60,947 nt of DNA. Source: a virus (lineage: Duplodnaviria; Caudoviricetes). The DNA lies in the IMG/VR virus record IMGVR_UViG_3300009703_000019, positions 1 to 60,947 of that record; one strand, given 5' to 3'. A program made the position numbers and the translations under genes. This document shows, piece by piece, positions 1-10,472 of this stretch. Within the stretch, counting starts at the first letter, position 1, and every line of letters begins with the position of its first letter. Under the pieces are notes generated by a model that was not told where the DNA came from, ran no database searches, and saw only the letters and a program-made list of their open reading frames with translations.

Positions 1-107
1 TCTGAATGTGTCATTCCCTGTACTTTAGCAAATTCCTCTGCAGTCATAGTTTGGCCAGGTTGTTTCTTTATCCACTCTTTTCTTTCTTTCTTATTCATAT
101 TATACAC

Positions 108-115
108 TATTTATA
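108..115 (-). promoter_or_regulatory. T4-type late promoter TATAAATA
   Basis: Exact TATAAATA on minus strand just upstream of an ATG at 98 whose ORF runs off the window edge. Confidence 0.6.
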
Positions 116-123
116 AAATAATG

Positions 124-1044
124 TCAAGGTCTTCTCAAAACTTTTGGTTCAGTATCCCAACGATCCTCAAGTTCCTTTTGAAGTTCTGATTCAGGAATAT
201 TATTAACAATCCATTGATATAGCTGTTGCATAATCTGATCAGGGGTCTTATTAGGTTTACCCCGCCGTTTGATAGTGATGTAAGTGAAGTCTTTAATAAC
301 ACCCAATTTCTCACCATCCTTACTTTTAATATATTTACCGGAGGTTCTATTCGCCGGGGAAACCCTGGCATCATCATCTTTCCAGTGAATTGTATTTTCT
401 AAATTATTAAGAATAACTTTGATTTCACCATTGATAGCTAATTTCTTACCCTTATTCTTAATAAGATCAAACATAGTATTAGCAGCACCAGTATGAGTTT
501 GAAATAGAATATCATCCTGCACAATTCGGGGTCTAGTTCTATTATTGGTAACAGCAAGTTGATAATCAGTAAGAACCCATACCATGTGAATATTAGCTGG
601 ATTATAACCAGCATTCAATAGGTTTGGCATCATCTTAGAAATCGAATTAATATCCTTTGCTGTAATATCAAACATGATGTTGGGTAGTACAGACTTGTTC
701 TTCATACCAGATAATAGAGCATTCATGGTATTATCTTTGATACCAAGTTTTTCTATAAATGCGTGTAGTTTAGATACATCAGCAGGTTTCTTTAGATTAA
801 GTCCTTGAATTTCTGGATACTTATTTTTGATAGCACCTATCTTCATGAATGCAGTTTTCCATTCGTCTACGTCGCGAACTTTAAACTTCTCTTTCTCCAT
901 GAAGTTAGTTGATGCGAATCCTTTACCACTTCCAGCACCACCAGCGAGGAATACTATTTGGCCGTACTTCTTACCATTGTTAATAAGAAGTAGCTTCTCC
1001 TCAAGGTATTCGAGTGATTCGTTGAACTCTTTGAATGGTTTCAT
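124..1044 (-). CDS. P-loop NTPase/kinase (zeta-toxin/AAA_33-like) with capsid-targeting-like N-terminus
   Basis: Walker A GGAGSGKG after hydrophobic strand IVFLA; starts MKPFKEFNESLEYLEE. Confidence 0.65.
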   Translation of the reverse strand: MKPFKEFNESLEYLEEKLLLINNGKKYGQIVFLAGGAGSGKGFASTNFMEKEKFKVRDVDEWKTAFMKIGAIKNKYPEIQGLNLKKPADVSKLHAFIEKLGIKDNTMNALLSGMKNKSVLPNIMFDITAKDINSISKMMPNLLNAGYNPANIHMVWVLTDYQLAVTNNRTRPRIVQDDILFQTHTGAANTMFDLIKNKGKKLAINGEIKVILNNLENTIHWKDDDARVSPANRTSGKYIKSKDGEKLGVIKDFTYITIKRRGKPNKTPDQIMQQLYQWIVNNIPESELQKELEDRWDTEPKVLRRP

Positions 1045-1214
1045 GCGCTATCCTTTTTTATAAAATATACTGCTAGTCCAGTAACATATAATAACATACT
1101 TAGTGGCATTAATAATATAAGAATTGGGTATTGTTCTATATTAGGAATTCCGAATACAACAAACACAATTCCTATGAGGACTACGCTTAGAGGTGCTATG
1201 CTAAATGATTCCAT
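1041..1214 (-). CDS. Small membrane protein (57 aa, not in ORF track)
   Basis: Hand translation MESFSIAPLSVVLIGIVFVVFGIPNIEQYPILILLMPLSMLLYVTGLAVYFIKKDSA; two hydrophobic stretches; TAATG and ATGA overlaps with neighbours. Confidence 0.6.
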   Translation of the reverse strand: MESFSIAPLSVVLIGIVFVVFGIPNIEQYPILILLMPLSMLLYVTGLAVYFIKKDSA

Positions 1215-1603
1215 TATACTTCCAGTTTAGGATCGTTGGACTTAAAGTCTTTCTTACGCATTACTGTTTTGGATATCATATCAAACTCTTGATTCTTAGC
1301 GTCCCACTTTAATACAAATGGTATATTAACATGAGAGTTGATATCATGTAGAATTGCTTCTGCGTTCTTACCTAACTTAGATATCTTTGATCTATGTTTC
1401 TTATAAGTTAGTTTAAATATCCGTACAAGTTCACCTGATGAAATAGGTTTCTTATTACGAGCATCATTTACTCTATCTAAGAAATGACGAGTAAACTCTA
1501 CATCAATACCTATTTTAGCAAACAGCTTATCTGCCATCCTCTCTACTGCATCTAAGTCTGCTTTACTTAGGTCTTCGGTAATAAACTCTTTAAATGATTC
1601 CAT
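1214..1603 (-). CDS. Hypothetical T4-like phage protein (putative internal head protein)
   Basis: 129 aa; starts MESFKEFITE; DVEFTRHFLDRVND motif. Confidence 0.6.
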   Translation of the reverse strand: MESFKEFITEDLSKADLDAVERMADKLFAKIGIDVEFTRHFLDRVNDARNKKPISSGELVRIFKLTYKKHRSKISKLGKNAEAILHDINSHVNIPFVLKWDAKNQEFDMISKTVMRKKDFKSNDPKLEV

Positions 1604-1649
1604 TCCTTTTATTCTTTCTTCTAATTATAAATCCTTTAAAACTTTTCAT
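1590..1649 (-). CDS. Micro-ORF (19 aa) MKSFKGFIIRRKNKRNGII
   Basis: ATGA overlap with upstream stop; fills the gap; carries the same MKSFK.F motif as neighbours. Confidence 0.35.
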   Translation of the reverse strand: MKSFKGFIIRRKNKRNGII

Positions 1650-2083
1650 TTAATAATCCCGAATGTGACAACCCCATCTTCTTTGGCTTGTATAATTTTA
1701 ATATTCATCGCCTTCAGAAATGCTATAACTTTCTCTGAACCAATCTTGTGAAGGAATTTAGGTAACTCCATTACTTGTTTACCACCACCAAAATGATATA
1801 GAACTGCGTCATATAACTTTTGCTGGACTGAGTTCATTGGTTTAGAGGCTACAGACTTCAGAAGATCAACTACAGTACCTTGAACATTAATCTCTGGTAT
1901 TATTAATCTAGAACCACTAACTCTAAAATTAACCTCAGAAACCTCATCACCATAGGTGGAGGCAAGTTCCTTCGAAGGTGTGATCCATGTTATACCCCTT
2001 CGATTGGGTTTCCCGGGATCAACCCCAGAAGGATGACCTCTGTAATATGTGGTTTCCTCTATGAATTCCTTAAATGGCTTCAT
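1646..2083 (-). CDS. Hypothetical protein, possible ADP-ribosyltransferase-like fold
   Basis: Likely start at 2083 (MKPFKEFIEE); YYRGH...WITPSKELASTYG resembles the ART YRG...T..A..Y pattern. Confidence 0.45.
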   Translation of the reverse strand: MKPFKEFIEETTYYRGHPSGVDPGKPNRRGITWITPSKELASTYGDEVSEVNFRVSGSRLIIPEINVQGTVVDLLKSVASKPMNSVQQKLYDAVLYHFGGGKQVMELPKFLHKIGSEKVIAFLKAMNIKIIQAKEDGVVTFGIIK

Positions 2084-2309
2084 AGTCGTATGCGCAATCA
2101 CCCTTTGAATTAAGGACAGAATGTATTCTGACCACACCAAGGAATTCGTACATATTTCTCATATTATTTGATGAGACTGAATCATCATAATAACAAACCA
2201 TTTTCTTATTTTTATACTGAGTCTTTAGATGTGCTTTAACTAGAGAATGGAATAATCCCTCTTCAAGTCTCCCCTCATTTAAGACACTTTTAAATGATTT
2301 CATTTCCAT
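2070..2309 (-). CDS. Hypothetical protein
   Basis: 79 aa; (ME)MKSFKSVLNE N-terminus; overlaps neighbours. Confidence 0.55.
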   Translation of the reverse strand: MEMKSFKSVLNEGRLEEGLFHSLVKAHLKTQYKNKKMVCYYDDSVSSNNMRNMYEFLGVVRIHSVLNSKGDCAYDYEAI

Positions 2310-2590
2310 TAACTCTTTTTATATTGATAAGAAACTGGTACATCTTCAGGACTATTAAACTTCTTAGCTTCTTTCTTTATACCCTGGAGTGACTTAATAA
2401 TATCATTTAATGCCTTAGCATTAAAGTCGTTACCGTTCTTCTGAGAACTATAGAAACTCTCAAATGCTTGCTTAACTGAATATAACTCATTACCTATGAC
2501 ATGACCTGGAAGTCTCATAAATGACTCTTGGAGAGGTTTATCTTCGAGCACTGATTGTGCTGCATCTTTCAAGCTTTTAAATGATTTCAT
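2309..2590 (-). CDS. Hypothetical protein
   Basis: 93 aa; MKSFKSLKD N-terminus; TAATG coupling. Confidence 0.6.
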   Translation of the reverse strand: MKSFKSLKDAAQSVLEDKPLQESFMRLPGHVIGNELYSVKQAFESFYSSQKNGNDFNAKALNDIIKSLQGIKKEAKKFNSPEDVPVSYQYKKS

Positions 2591-2762
2591 CGATTATATT
2601 TCCTTTTCTAAATTCTTTAACATTCTTTTTCCTAAGATTATTATAACATACAATCTCTGGTATCTTATAATATTTTATAGGTTTGATATATTTATAATTT
2701 TTAATTGCGTTTATGATCATAATGCTACGGGTGTTCGTACCTCGATTTTTTCTTCTCATCAT
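2577..2762 (-). CDS. Hypothetical basic protein
   Basis: 61 aa ORF filling the gap on the coding strand. Confidence 0.35.
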   Translation of the reverse strand: MMRRKNRGTNTRSIMIINAIKNYKYIKPIKYYKIPEIVCYNNLRKKNVKEFRKGNIIDEII

Positions 2763-3165
2763 CCTTGATGTGATCTGTTAAATTATCTGCGTTATTTAAT
2801 ATTTCTCCCGCATTTATATCAATTCTTTGTCTATTCTCTTTAGACTCTGCATCATATATAACCTTTTCAAGTTTGAGTGAAGATATCATTTCATTGGGTA
2901 CATATCGCCATACATAATCCCCATCCTCTTTTATGATAGAGAATACGGTTTGTCTTAATCCAATCTTTACAATGATAGCATCAGCATCATCTATTTTTAC
3001 TCTATCACCCTCTCCAAATGCACGATTCGTATAGAATATAATACCCTTTGAAACTGATGTTATAAAATCCTTTATCCAAATTGCTACAATGCCAGTCGCA
3101 AGGACCTTGATTATTGGCATCATATCGGATGTTAGGTTTTCTGCGAGGTGAATCTCGTCAATCAT
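2725..3165 (-). CDS. MscS-like mechanosensitive channel domain protein (short)
   Basis: Likely start 3165 (MIDEIHL); TM segment then F.EGDRVKID..AIIVKIGLRQT...VPNE, typical of the MscS TM3/beta domain. Confidence 0.6.
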   Translation of the reverse strand: MIDEIHLAENLTSDMMPIIKVLATGIVAIWIKDFITSVSKGIIFYTNRAFGEGDRVKIDDADAIIVKIGLRQTVFSIIKEDGDYVWRYVPNEMISSLKLEKVIYDAESKENRQRIDINAGEILNNADNLTDHIKDDEKKKSRYEHP

Positions 3166-3172
3166 ATTAGTC

Positions 3173-3616
3173 CTACCTTGGTGAGAGGAGCACGGGGAGA
3201 GCGCCAAAGAGAGCTCCACCCACAATGGCAAACCCAATAACCCATCCGAGTATCGTGATGATGAGCTCGGTCCTCTTAGCCCTTCTTTTAGCTTCTAAGA
3301 TTTTTTGTCTTGCTCTTTCTTTGGCTTGATCCCCTTCGAAGCGTAGGAAATCGTCCCACATCATATGGCGTGTTCGAATCATGAGTTCCTTGAGTTGTTC
3401 TCTTTTATTCTTTATAGCTTCCTGTGCCATAAATAATTCGAGATCAGATTCTTGTTCCTTACCTTTTCTTGCAAGTTTTGCTTTTTGATCTATTGCTCTG
3501 CCAGCATCTGAGAATGTTGCAAGATGTTCTCCCATCTCAAACAATTCCTTACCGTGGGCTAAACTTTCCTGTATAACCCTAAACGCGGCATTAGCCATCG
3601 CCAATTCTGCCAGCAT
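3173..3616 (-). CDS. Hypothetical coiled-coil protein with C-terminal TM anchor
   Basis: 147 aa; MLAELAMANAAF start; hydrophobic C-terminus. Confidence 0.6.
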   Translation of the reverse strand: MLAELAMANAAFRVIQESLAHGKELFEMGEHLATFSDAGRAIDQKAKLARKGKEQESDLELFMAQEAIKNKREQLKELMIRTRHMMWDDFLRFEGDQAKERARQKILEAKRRAKRTELIITILGWVIGFAIVGGALFGALPVLLSPR

Positions 3617-3741
3617 ATAAACTCCATTTTATATTACAAATTAAAGAAAAATTCGGAAATTAGTAATCCTGTAAGTAACCATATTCCGAATAATATTACG
3701 GTTCCTACTACTTTAAATATATTCATGATATATCCTCTATA

Positions 3742-3749
3742 TATTTATA
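3742..3749 (-). promoter_or_regulatory. T4-type late promoter TATAAATA
   Basis: Exact motif upstream of the cluster of MKxFK-type genes. Confidence 0.65.
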
Positions 3750-3842
3750 ATGAACGGTAATAAGAATATTACCGTGGTTTGAACTAAAAATGCAAATAGC
3801 ACAATCAGTGTAAGGTCTACAAATATTTTAAAATATTTCATA

Positions 3843-4340
3843 TCATTCCTCTGTGTCTTCAAAATATTGCGAATAATGATTGTTAATTTTTGGATTAAAC
3901 CAATTATCATTTATTTTATGTTTAACATGACCACAATGCTTACATTTATTCGCATGGTGCTCTGGTAGTTTTGGTACTGGTGTTGGTATCTTGGTAATAG
4001 GATCCACACCTACCATAAGGAATTGTGCGGTGACACATTTTATTTGAGCGGAAGTTTTAACATCCTCTTTAACTCCTACTACATCAACTACCATTGACGT
4101 TCTTCCGACCTTTGTAATTTCCCCCCTCACCGATAATAGGCATCCTATATCAATGGGTTCTAGAAATTGTACATCCATAATCTTAGCTGTAATACAGTAT
4201 AACCTACTGAATCTTCGGCTTGTGACCGAAGCAGTTTGATCTAATACTTTAAGTAATTCGCCCCCATGAAATTTATTATCAAAATTCGATTGTTCTGGAC
4301 TTGGTGAAATAACAATAGTTGTTGATATTGGATTATCCAT
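3843..4340 (-). CDS. Acyl-CoA thioesterase, hotdog fold (YciA-like)
   Basis: N..NKFHGGELLKVLDQTA and FLEPIDIG...VGRTSMVV hotdog motifs. Confidence 0.85.
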   Translation of the reverse strand: MDNPISTTIVISPSPEQSNFDNKFHGGELLKVLDQTASVTSRRFSRLYCITAKIMDVQFLEPIDIGCLLSVRGEITKVGRTSMVVDVVGVKEDVKTSAQIKCVTAQFLMVGVDPITKIPTPVPKLPEHHANKCKHCGHVKHKINDNWFNPKINNHYSQYFEDTEE

Positions 4341-4351
4341 ATTCTCCCCGT

Positions 4352-6163
4352 TTAGTGGTCGTACCCTTGTGGTTCTCTAATAACATCTCTTCTTTCTAAT
4401 AAATCGTCGAGTTGATATTTGTCAATCGTTTCATATTTCATGAGACATTCGGTCATAGAATGTAAGATGTCTTCATTATCTTCGAGTATTTTCTTAGCCT
4501 TATCATAATTTTTGGTTGTTAATTTAATAACTTCCTCGTCTAGAAGTTTAGATATTTCTGGTGAAACTGTTTGAGCGGGTTGGCCCATGCTCCTACCCAT
4601 GAACGGATCACCTTGTTCATCTTCATAGCAAAGTGGACCTACTGCGTCACATAATCCCCATCGTTTGACCATATTTCTAGCAATAGATGTTGCTCTCTCA
4701 ATATCATTAGATGCACCAGTTGTAACTTTATCTTTACCGTAAACTAATTCTTCTGCAATCCGACCCCCATATAACGATTGAAGTTGTGATTCTAATTTTT
4801 CTTTTGATGCGGAATAAGAATCCTTTTCTGGTAGGAACATAGTAACCCCAAGAGCTCCACCTCTCGGCATAATAGATACCTTATAAACTGGATCATGAGT
4901 TTCGGTTAATCTACCTACAATGGCATGACCAGCCTCATGATATGCTGTCATTCTCTTCTCGTCCTCACCCATTATCATGGTTTTCTTTTCTACCCCCATA
5001 ATGAGTTTATCTTTTGCCCTTTCGAGGTCTGCCATGCAGATGTTTTCTTTATTTTCTTTTGCGGCAAAAAGAGCGGCCTCATTAATGAGATTTGCAAGTT
5101 CAGCACCACTGAATCCAGTAGTACCCTGTGCAATATATTCAAGTTTAATATCCGCGGATATTGGCACCCTTCGCATATGCACTTGAAGTATTTGCCCTCT
5201 GCCCTTGACATCAGGAAGTCCAACATTAATTTCTCTGTCAAATCTTCCGGGTCTTAATAATGCTTTATCTAGAACATCTGCTCTATTGGTTGCACCGAGT
5301 ACAATGATTCCATCTGAATCATCGAACCCATCCATTTCAACTAATAATTGGTTTAGGGTTTGTTCTCTCTCATCATTACCTCCACCGTGACCTGCCCCAC
5401 GCTGTCTTCCTACTGCATCAATTTCGTCTATGAATATGATACATGGACTGGATTTTCTTGCTTCAGAGAACATATCCCGAACTCTAGATGCACCAACACC
5501 AACAAACATTTCTACAAAATCTGAACCACTTATTGAAAAGAACGGAACATCTGCTTCACCGGCAATAGCACGAGCAAGTAAAGTTTTACCTGTGCCTGGT
5601 GGACCAACCATCAATGCACCCTTCGGTATTTTTGCACCGAGTCTTACATATTTTGGTGGGTTTCTAAGAAAATCTACCATCTCAGAAACCTCATCAAGAG
5701 CTTCTTCTACACCTGCGACATCAGAGAAAGTAACTTTCTCCTTTGACTGTTCTAGTTTTTTAGCTTTGTTCTTTCCTACAAATTTACCAGCACCACCGCC
5801 ACCTTGTCGCTTCATCCACCATATCCACACCCCTATTAATAACAATATAGGAAACCACGAAATGAATATGCTGAGAAAAAGAGAACCTTCCTTTGGTGGA
5901 TTTGCAATGACATCTACACCATTCTGGAGGAGATCATCTACCATGTGGGGATCATTGGGAGCATATGTTATAAATTTTCCACCGTCATAATATTCACCAA
6001 CAACGGTTTGATCATCTACTACAACTTTTTTTACCACCTTATCATTGACTAAATCTATAAATTTAGCATATGATACTTCCGATCCTATCTGCCCCCCTTT
6101 AGAATTCCCGAGGAAAGAGATAATAACTAATCCCATAATTAACCAAATTATTAGTCTTTTCAT
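4352..6163 (-). CDS. ftsH: ATP-dependent zinc metalloprotease FtsH
   Basis: Two TM segments, [46 protein letters not shown]. Confidence 0.97.
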   Translation of the reverse strand: MKRLIIWLIMGLVIISFLGNSKGGQIGSEVSYAKFIDLVNDKVVKKVVVDDQTVVGEYYDGGKFITYAPNDPHMVDDLLQNGVDVIANPPKEGSLFLSIFISWFPILLLIGVWIWWMKRQGGGGAGKFVGKNKAKKLEQSKEKVTFSDVAGVEEALDEVSEMVDFLRNPPKYVRLGAKIPKGALMVGPPGTGKTLLARAIAGEADVPFFSISGSDFVEMFVGVGASRVRDMFSEARKSSPCIIFIDEIDAVGRQRGAGHGGGNDEREQTLNQLLVEMDGFDDSDGIIVLGATNRADVLDKALLRPGRFDREINVGLPDVKGRGQILQVHMRRVPISADIKLEYIAQGTTGFSGAELANLINEAALFAAKENKENICMADLERAKDKLIMGVEKKTMIMGEDEKRMTAYHEAGHAIVGRLTETHDPVYKVSIMPRGGALGVTMFLPEKDSYSASKEKLESQLQSLYGGRIAEELVYGKDKVTTGASNDIERATSIARNMVKRWGLCDAVGPLCYEDEQGDPFMGRSMGQPAQTVSPEISKLLDEEVIKLTTKNYDKAKKILEDNEDILHSMTECLMKYETIDKYQLDDLLERRDVIREPQGYDH

Positions 6164-6173
6164 AAATTGAATC

Positions 6174-8564
6174 CTATAATTCTAATATTTCTGATTCTAC
6201 GGAATGAACAACGTTGTTCATTGTCAAAATAGAATCGTAATTAAGTGATAGCGAATCAATCTCATGATTAACCAACCACGATGTTATTTCCGGGAAATCC
6301 GATGGTGCTTGCCCACAGATCCCAATATATTTACCATGTCTTTTGCATGATGTTATTGCCATTTCCATTAATTTGAGCACTGCTCCATTCCTCTCGTCAC
6401 ATCCGTTAATATTAGACGAATCTCTATCAACCCCAAGGGTTAATTGGGTTAAGTCATTAGATCCTATAGAAAATCCATCACAGTATTCTAAGAATTCATC
6501 CGCCAATAATGCATTACTTGGAACTTCGCACATGAATATAATTTTAATACCATGTTGACCAGATTTTATTCCATTTTCTTCTAATAATTGTATTACATTT
6601 TTTGCTTCATTTACAGTTCTAATAAAAGGAACCATAACTTGTATATTATTTAATCCATATTCTAGAATAACTTTTCTTATTGCAGAGCATTCCAACTCAA
6701 ATGCAAGTTTAAATTCTGGGGAATTATATCTATATGCACCCCTAAATCCGAGCATAGGATTTTCTTCCTCTGGTTCATAGAGATCACCACCATAGAGGTG
6801 AGCATATTCATTAGTTTTAAAATCGGATAATCTGAATATAACTGGTTTGGGATATACCGAAGCCGCAATGGTAGCAATACCATCTGCCAGTCTACTTCTA
6901 TAAAATTCTGTTGGTCGTGAATACCCAACAGTTTTTTCCGTTATGTGATCGTGCATCTCCTCAGATAATAGTGCATGATCGAGTATTGCGTTTGGGTGTA
7001 TACCTATACGGGAATTGATTATAAATTCAAGTCTTGCAAGTCCAACACCATCATTAGGATACTTAGCTATTTTAAATGCCATATCTGGATTACCAAGATT
7101 TAGCATCAATTTTGTTTTTGTTTTCTTGTATGAAGAAAAGTCTATTTTCTCTGTGGTGTATAGTAGGAGTCCATCGTAAACATATCCTATTTCACCTTCT
7201 GCACAAGATATTGTTATCTCCTCGTCATTTCCTATAACTGAGGTAGCATCATCACATCCAACCACGGCAGGTATACCAAGTTCTCTTGCTATAATTGCTG
7301 CGTGGCAAGTCCTACCTCCTCGATTGGTAATAATACCAGAGGATTTTTTCATTATTGGTTCCCAATCAGGATCGGTTATATCAGTTACGAGTATATCCCC
7401 CTCATTGAATTGATTCATATCACTGATATCATTAATGATAGATGATTTCCCCGAACCAATTTTAGATCCAATGGGTTTACCTGTAGTAATTACGGAGGAT
7501 GTTCGTTCTAATTTAAACACCTCATCAGAGCAAGGAGAATCCGCAGAATGAACCGTTTCTGGTCTAGATTGAACTATAAAGATTTCATTGGTAATACCAT
7601 CAATCGCCCACTCTATGTCCATGTGGGTCTTTTTACCATATTTCTTAGAATAATGGTCTTCAATAATTACTGCAGATTTAGCTAATGATATAACTTCCTC
7701 ATCACTTAAACAAAATTCTTGCTGCATGGATTTATCAACTTCAATATTATTCGTCCTATTAGACTCAGAATAAATCATTTTGACTAATTTGGCACCAAGC
7801 TGTCTTTGTATAATAGATTTATATCCATCCTTGAGAGTTGGTTTGAATACATAAAATTCATCTGGATTGACATTACCAGATACCACATTCTCACCAAGTC
7901 CGTATGCACCGGTGATAAATACCACATCATCAAATCCTGATTCTGTATCGAGGGTAAACATAACACCCGCGGTACCTCTATCAGATCGAACCATTTTCTG
8001 AATACCAATTGAAACTTTTACATCCCTGTGAGAATATCCATTACATATTCTATATGATATAATCCTGTCTGTAAATAATGAAGCGAATACGAGTTTACAT
8101 GCATGTATAACATCAACCGCACCAAATACATTTAGATATGTATCTAACTGACCGGCAAATGAATTTGATAATGAATCTTCTGTAGTTGCAGAAGATCTGA
8201 TAGCAACAGACCCACCAAGTTCATGATACGCTTGAAGTATCTCGAATTCTAATCGTGGTGGCATCTCTCCATTAATAAACCATGACCTAATAGTTTTACC
8301 TATTTCTGATAATGAGTCAATATCATCAATATCAACGTTCTTTAATATATCTTCAATTTTATGTTCGAGTTGATTGTGTTCAATAAAATCAGTATAACCA
8401 TCTACCTTTATGGCGAATCCATTCGGTACATTAATACCAGATTCGGTGAGTTCGGAATACATTTCACCGAGAGAAGCATTTTTACCACCAACTATAGAGA
8501 CATCTGATATACTTAATTCAGAATATTCTCGAATATAAGATAAATCACGATCAAATGCATGCAT
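6174..8564 (-). CDS. ppsA: Phosphoenolpyruvate synthase (pyruvate, water dikinase)
   Basis: VGGKNASLGEM, RSSAT.ED, GGRTCHAAIIARELG phospho-His, GVGLARLEF, FSIGSNDLTQ, GICGQ. Confidence 0.97.
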   Translation of the reverse strand: MHAFDRDLSYIREYSELSISDVSIVGGKNASLGEMYSELTESGINVPNGFAIKVDGYTDFIEHNQLEHKIEDILKNVDIDDIDSLSEIGKTIRSWFINGEMPPRLEFEILQAYHELGGSVAIRSSATTEDSLSNSFAGQLDTYLNVFGAVDVIHACKLVFASLFTDRIISYRICNGYSHRDVKVSIGIQKMVRSDRGTAGVMFTLDTESGFDDVVFITGAYGLGENVVSGNVNPDEFYVFKPTLKDGYKSIIQRQLGAKLVKMIYSESNRTNNIEVDKSMQQEFCLSDEEVISLAKSAVIIEDHYSKKYGKKTHMDIEWAIDGITNEIFIVQSRPETVHSADSPCSDEVFKLERTSSVITTGKPIGSKIGSGKSSIINDISDMNQFNEGDILVTDITDPDWEPIMKKSSGIITNRGGRTCHAAIIARELGIPAVVGCDDATSVIGNDEEITISCAEGEIGYVYDGLLLYTTEKIDFSSYKKTKTKLMLNLGNPDMAFKIAKYPNDGVGLARLEFIINSRIGIHPNAILDHALLSEEMHDHITEKTVGYSRPTEFYRSRLADGIATIAASVYPKPVIFRLSDFKTNEYAHLYGGDLYEPEEENPMLGFRGAYRYNSPEFKLAFELECSAIRKVILEYGLNNIQVMVPFIRTVNEAKNVIQLLEENGIKSGQHGIKIIFMCEVPSNALLADEFLEYCDGFSIGSNDLTQLTLGVDRDSSNINGCDERNGAVLKLMEMAITSCKRHGKYIGICGQAPSDFPEITSWLVNHEIDSLSLNYDSILTMNNVVHSVESEILEL

Positions 8565-8579
8565 TATATTCTCCGATTA

Positions 8580-9038
8580 TTACATACGAATTTCGAAATG
8601 TGGTGCGTCAATGAAAGGTCTTCGACCCTGATTTCTACGAAGATCTATATATGATGTCATTAGAGATTCCATTGGAGCGTTCCATGCTCTGATATCATTG
8701 AGGTGCCATGCTGCACCCCATCTAAGTGGTATACCAACTTCAATTGCAGATTCTTTCATAGCCTCTGCAATATCATCATAGACCTTTAGTTCCCAAGAAA
8801 CCTGTGACCCAATATAAGCTACAAGATCAACCGCTTTCCCAGTAAGGTGATTCGATTTCATAGTTTTTGATGCACCCTTATTGAAAAGTTCTTCTTGCCT
8901 AGCAAGAGACCGAACTCCCTCAGATACACCAAAATCAATTTTAGTTAATGTGATAGCTCTATGAACACACGATACCAGTTGTTCATCAACACCCTCCAAT
9001 CTACCTAAACTTCTTGATGATAATCTAAAATTTGACAT
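8580..9038 (-). CDS. Endolysin, peptidase M15 family (L-Ala-D-Glu-type)
   Basis: EGVRS..RQ, SNHLTGKAVD, RWG..W, DAPHFE zinc motifs. Confidence 0.85.
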   Translation of the reverse strand: MSNFRLSSRSLGRLEGVDEQLVSCVHRAITLTKIDFGVSEGVRSLARQEELFNKGASKTMKSNHLTGKAVDLVAYIGSQVSWELKVYDDIAEAMKESAIEVGIPLRWGAAWHLNDIRAWNAPMESLMTSYIDLRRNQGRRPFIDAPHFEIRM

Positions 9039-9047
9039 ATTATTCCT

Positions 9048-10325
9048 CTAAAATTGTTCCTCTTCGGTCGAGCCATCCATAGCAGTAGTAGATGATTTTC
9101 CACCTTGTATAGTATTGGTAATTAAATCAAAATATCCAGCACCAACTTCCTCTTGATGTCTTGCAAATGTATATCCATCTTTAAGAGATGCGAATTCTGG
9201 TTCTTGAACTCCCTCAACATAAGCAGTCATACCCCTCTCAACATAATCCTTCGATAACTCAAACATAGAATGCCACATATCATGAATACCAGCAAGGGTA
9301 ATGAATTGCCATTTAAATCCCATCTCACCTAGGCGTTTCTGATAATGTGCTATGGTTTCATCATCTAAATTCTTTTTCCAATTGAATGATGGTGAACAGT
9401 TGTAAGCCAGCAACTTGCCAGGATATTGTTGATGTATCGCAGTCGCAAATTTCTGTGCTTCTTCGAGATTAGGTACTGCAGTTTCACACCAGAGCATATC
9501 AGCATACTGTGCATATGCAAGTCCTCTGGAAATGGCCTGATCGATTCCAGATTTAACCCTATAGAATCCTTCCTCTGTACGTTCCCCTGTAACAAATTCC
9601 TTATCACGAACATCTATATTAGAGGTCAGTAGAGTTGCGGCATTAGCATCGGTTCTAGCTACGATAATAGTTGGTACACCCATAACATCGGATGCTAATC
9701 TTGCGGATACGAGTTTTTGAATTGCTTCCTGAGTTGGAACCAGTACCTTACCGCCCATGTGACCACATTTTTTGGCAGAGGATAATTGATCTTCAAGATG
9801 TATACCAGACACACCATTCTCGATCATTGATTTGGTCAGTTCATATGAATTAAGAACTCCACCAAACCCAGCCTCGGCATCAGCAATAATAGGAGCAAAA
9901 TAATCTACTTCCCTCGATCCCTTTGCCCATTGAATTTCATCTGCTCGGCGAAACGTATTATTAATACGCTTAACCATTTGTGGCACTGAATTATATGCAT
10001 AGAGCGATTGATCTGGATACATAGTTTCGCTGGAATTGCCATCCGCTGCTACTTGCCATCCCGATAAATATATAACTTTAATTCCAGCCTTGACCTGTTG
10101 CATTGCCTGACCGGCAGTTATAGCTCCCATAGAATTAACATATCCATCTTCGTTAATTAAATCCCAAAGTTTTTTAGATCCCAGAGAAGCCATAGTGTAT
10201 TCTTCATCCATCGAACCTCTTAATCGAATAACATCTTCGGCCGAATAAGGTCTGGAGATACCATTCCATCGTTCATTCTCTCTCCAATCCTCTTCTAAAG
10301 TTCTCACTCTGCCCAAATTTTCCAT
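9048..10325 (-). CDS. aceA: Isocitrate lyase
   Basis: KKCGHMGGK catalytic motif, [27 protein letters not shown]-terminal STEEEQF; start moved to 10325 (GAGG RBS); ORF track start is 10430. Confidence 0.97.
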   Translation of the reverse strand: MENLGRVRTLEEDWRENERWNGISRPYSAEDVIRLRGSMDEEYTMASLGSKKLWDLINEDGYVNSMGAITAGQAMQQVKAGIKVIYLSGWQVAADGNSSETMYPDQSLYAYNSVPQMVKRINNTFRRADEIQWAKGSREVDYFAPIIADAEAGFGGVLNSYELTKSMIENGVSGIHLEDQLSSAKKCGHMGGKVLVPTQEAIQKLVSARLASDVMGVPTIIVARTDANAATLLTSNIDVRDKEFVTGERTEEGFYRVKSGIDQAISRGLAYAQYADMLWCETAVPNLEEAQKFATAIHQQYPGKLLAYNCSPSFNWKKNLDDETIAHYQKRLGEMGFKWQFITLAGIHDMWHSMFELSKDYVERGMTAYVEGVQEPEFASLKDGYTFARHQEEVGAGYFDLITNTIQGGKSSTTAMDGSTEEEQF

Positions 10326-10472
10326 ATATATTTTTGACCTCGTAATTGTAATTAATTTGCTAAATTTAGTATTAACCATACTCCAACGCATATGATTAAT
10401 GGTATTGTCATTGTCAATATAGACATCCAAACTGACTTAGTAACAGATTTACATAACCCATTACATTGATAA

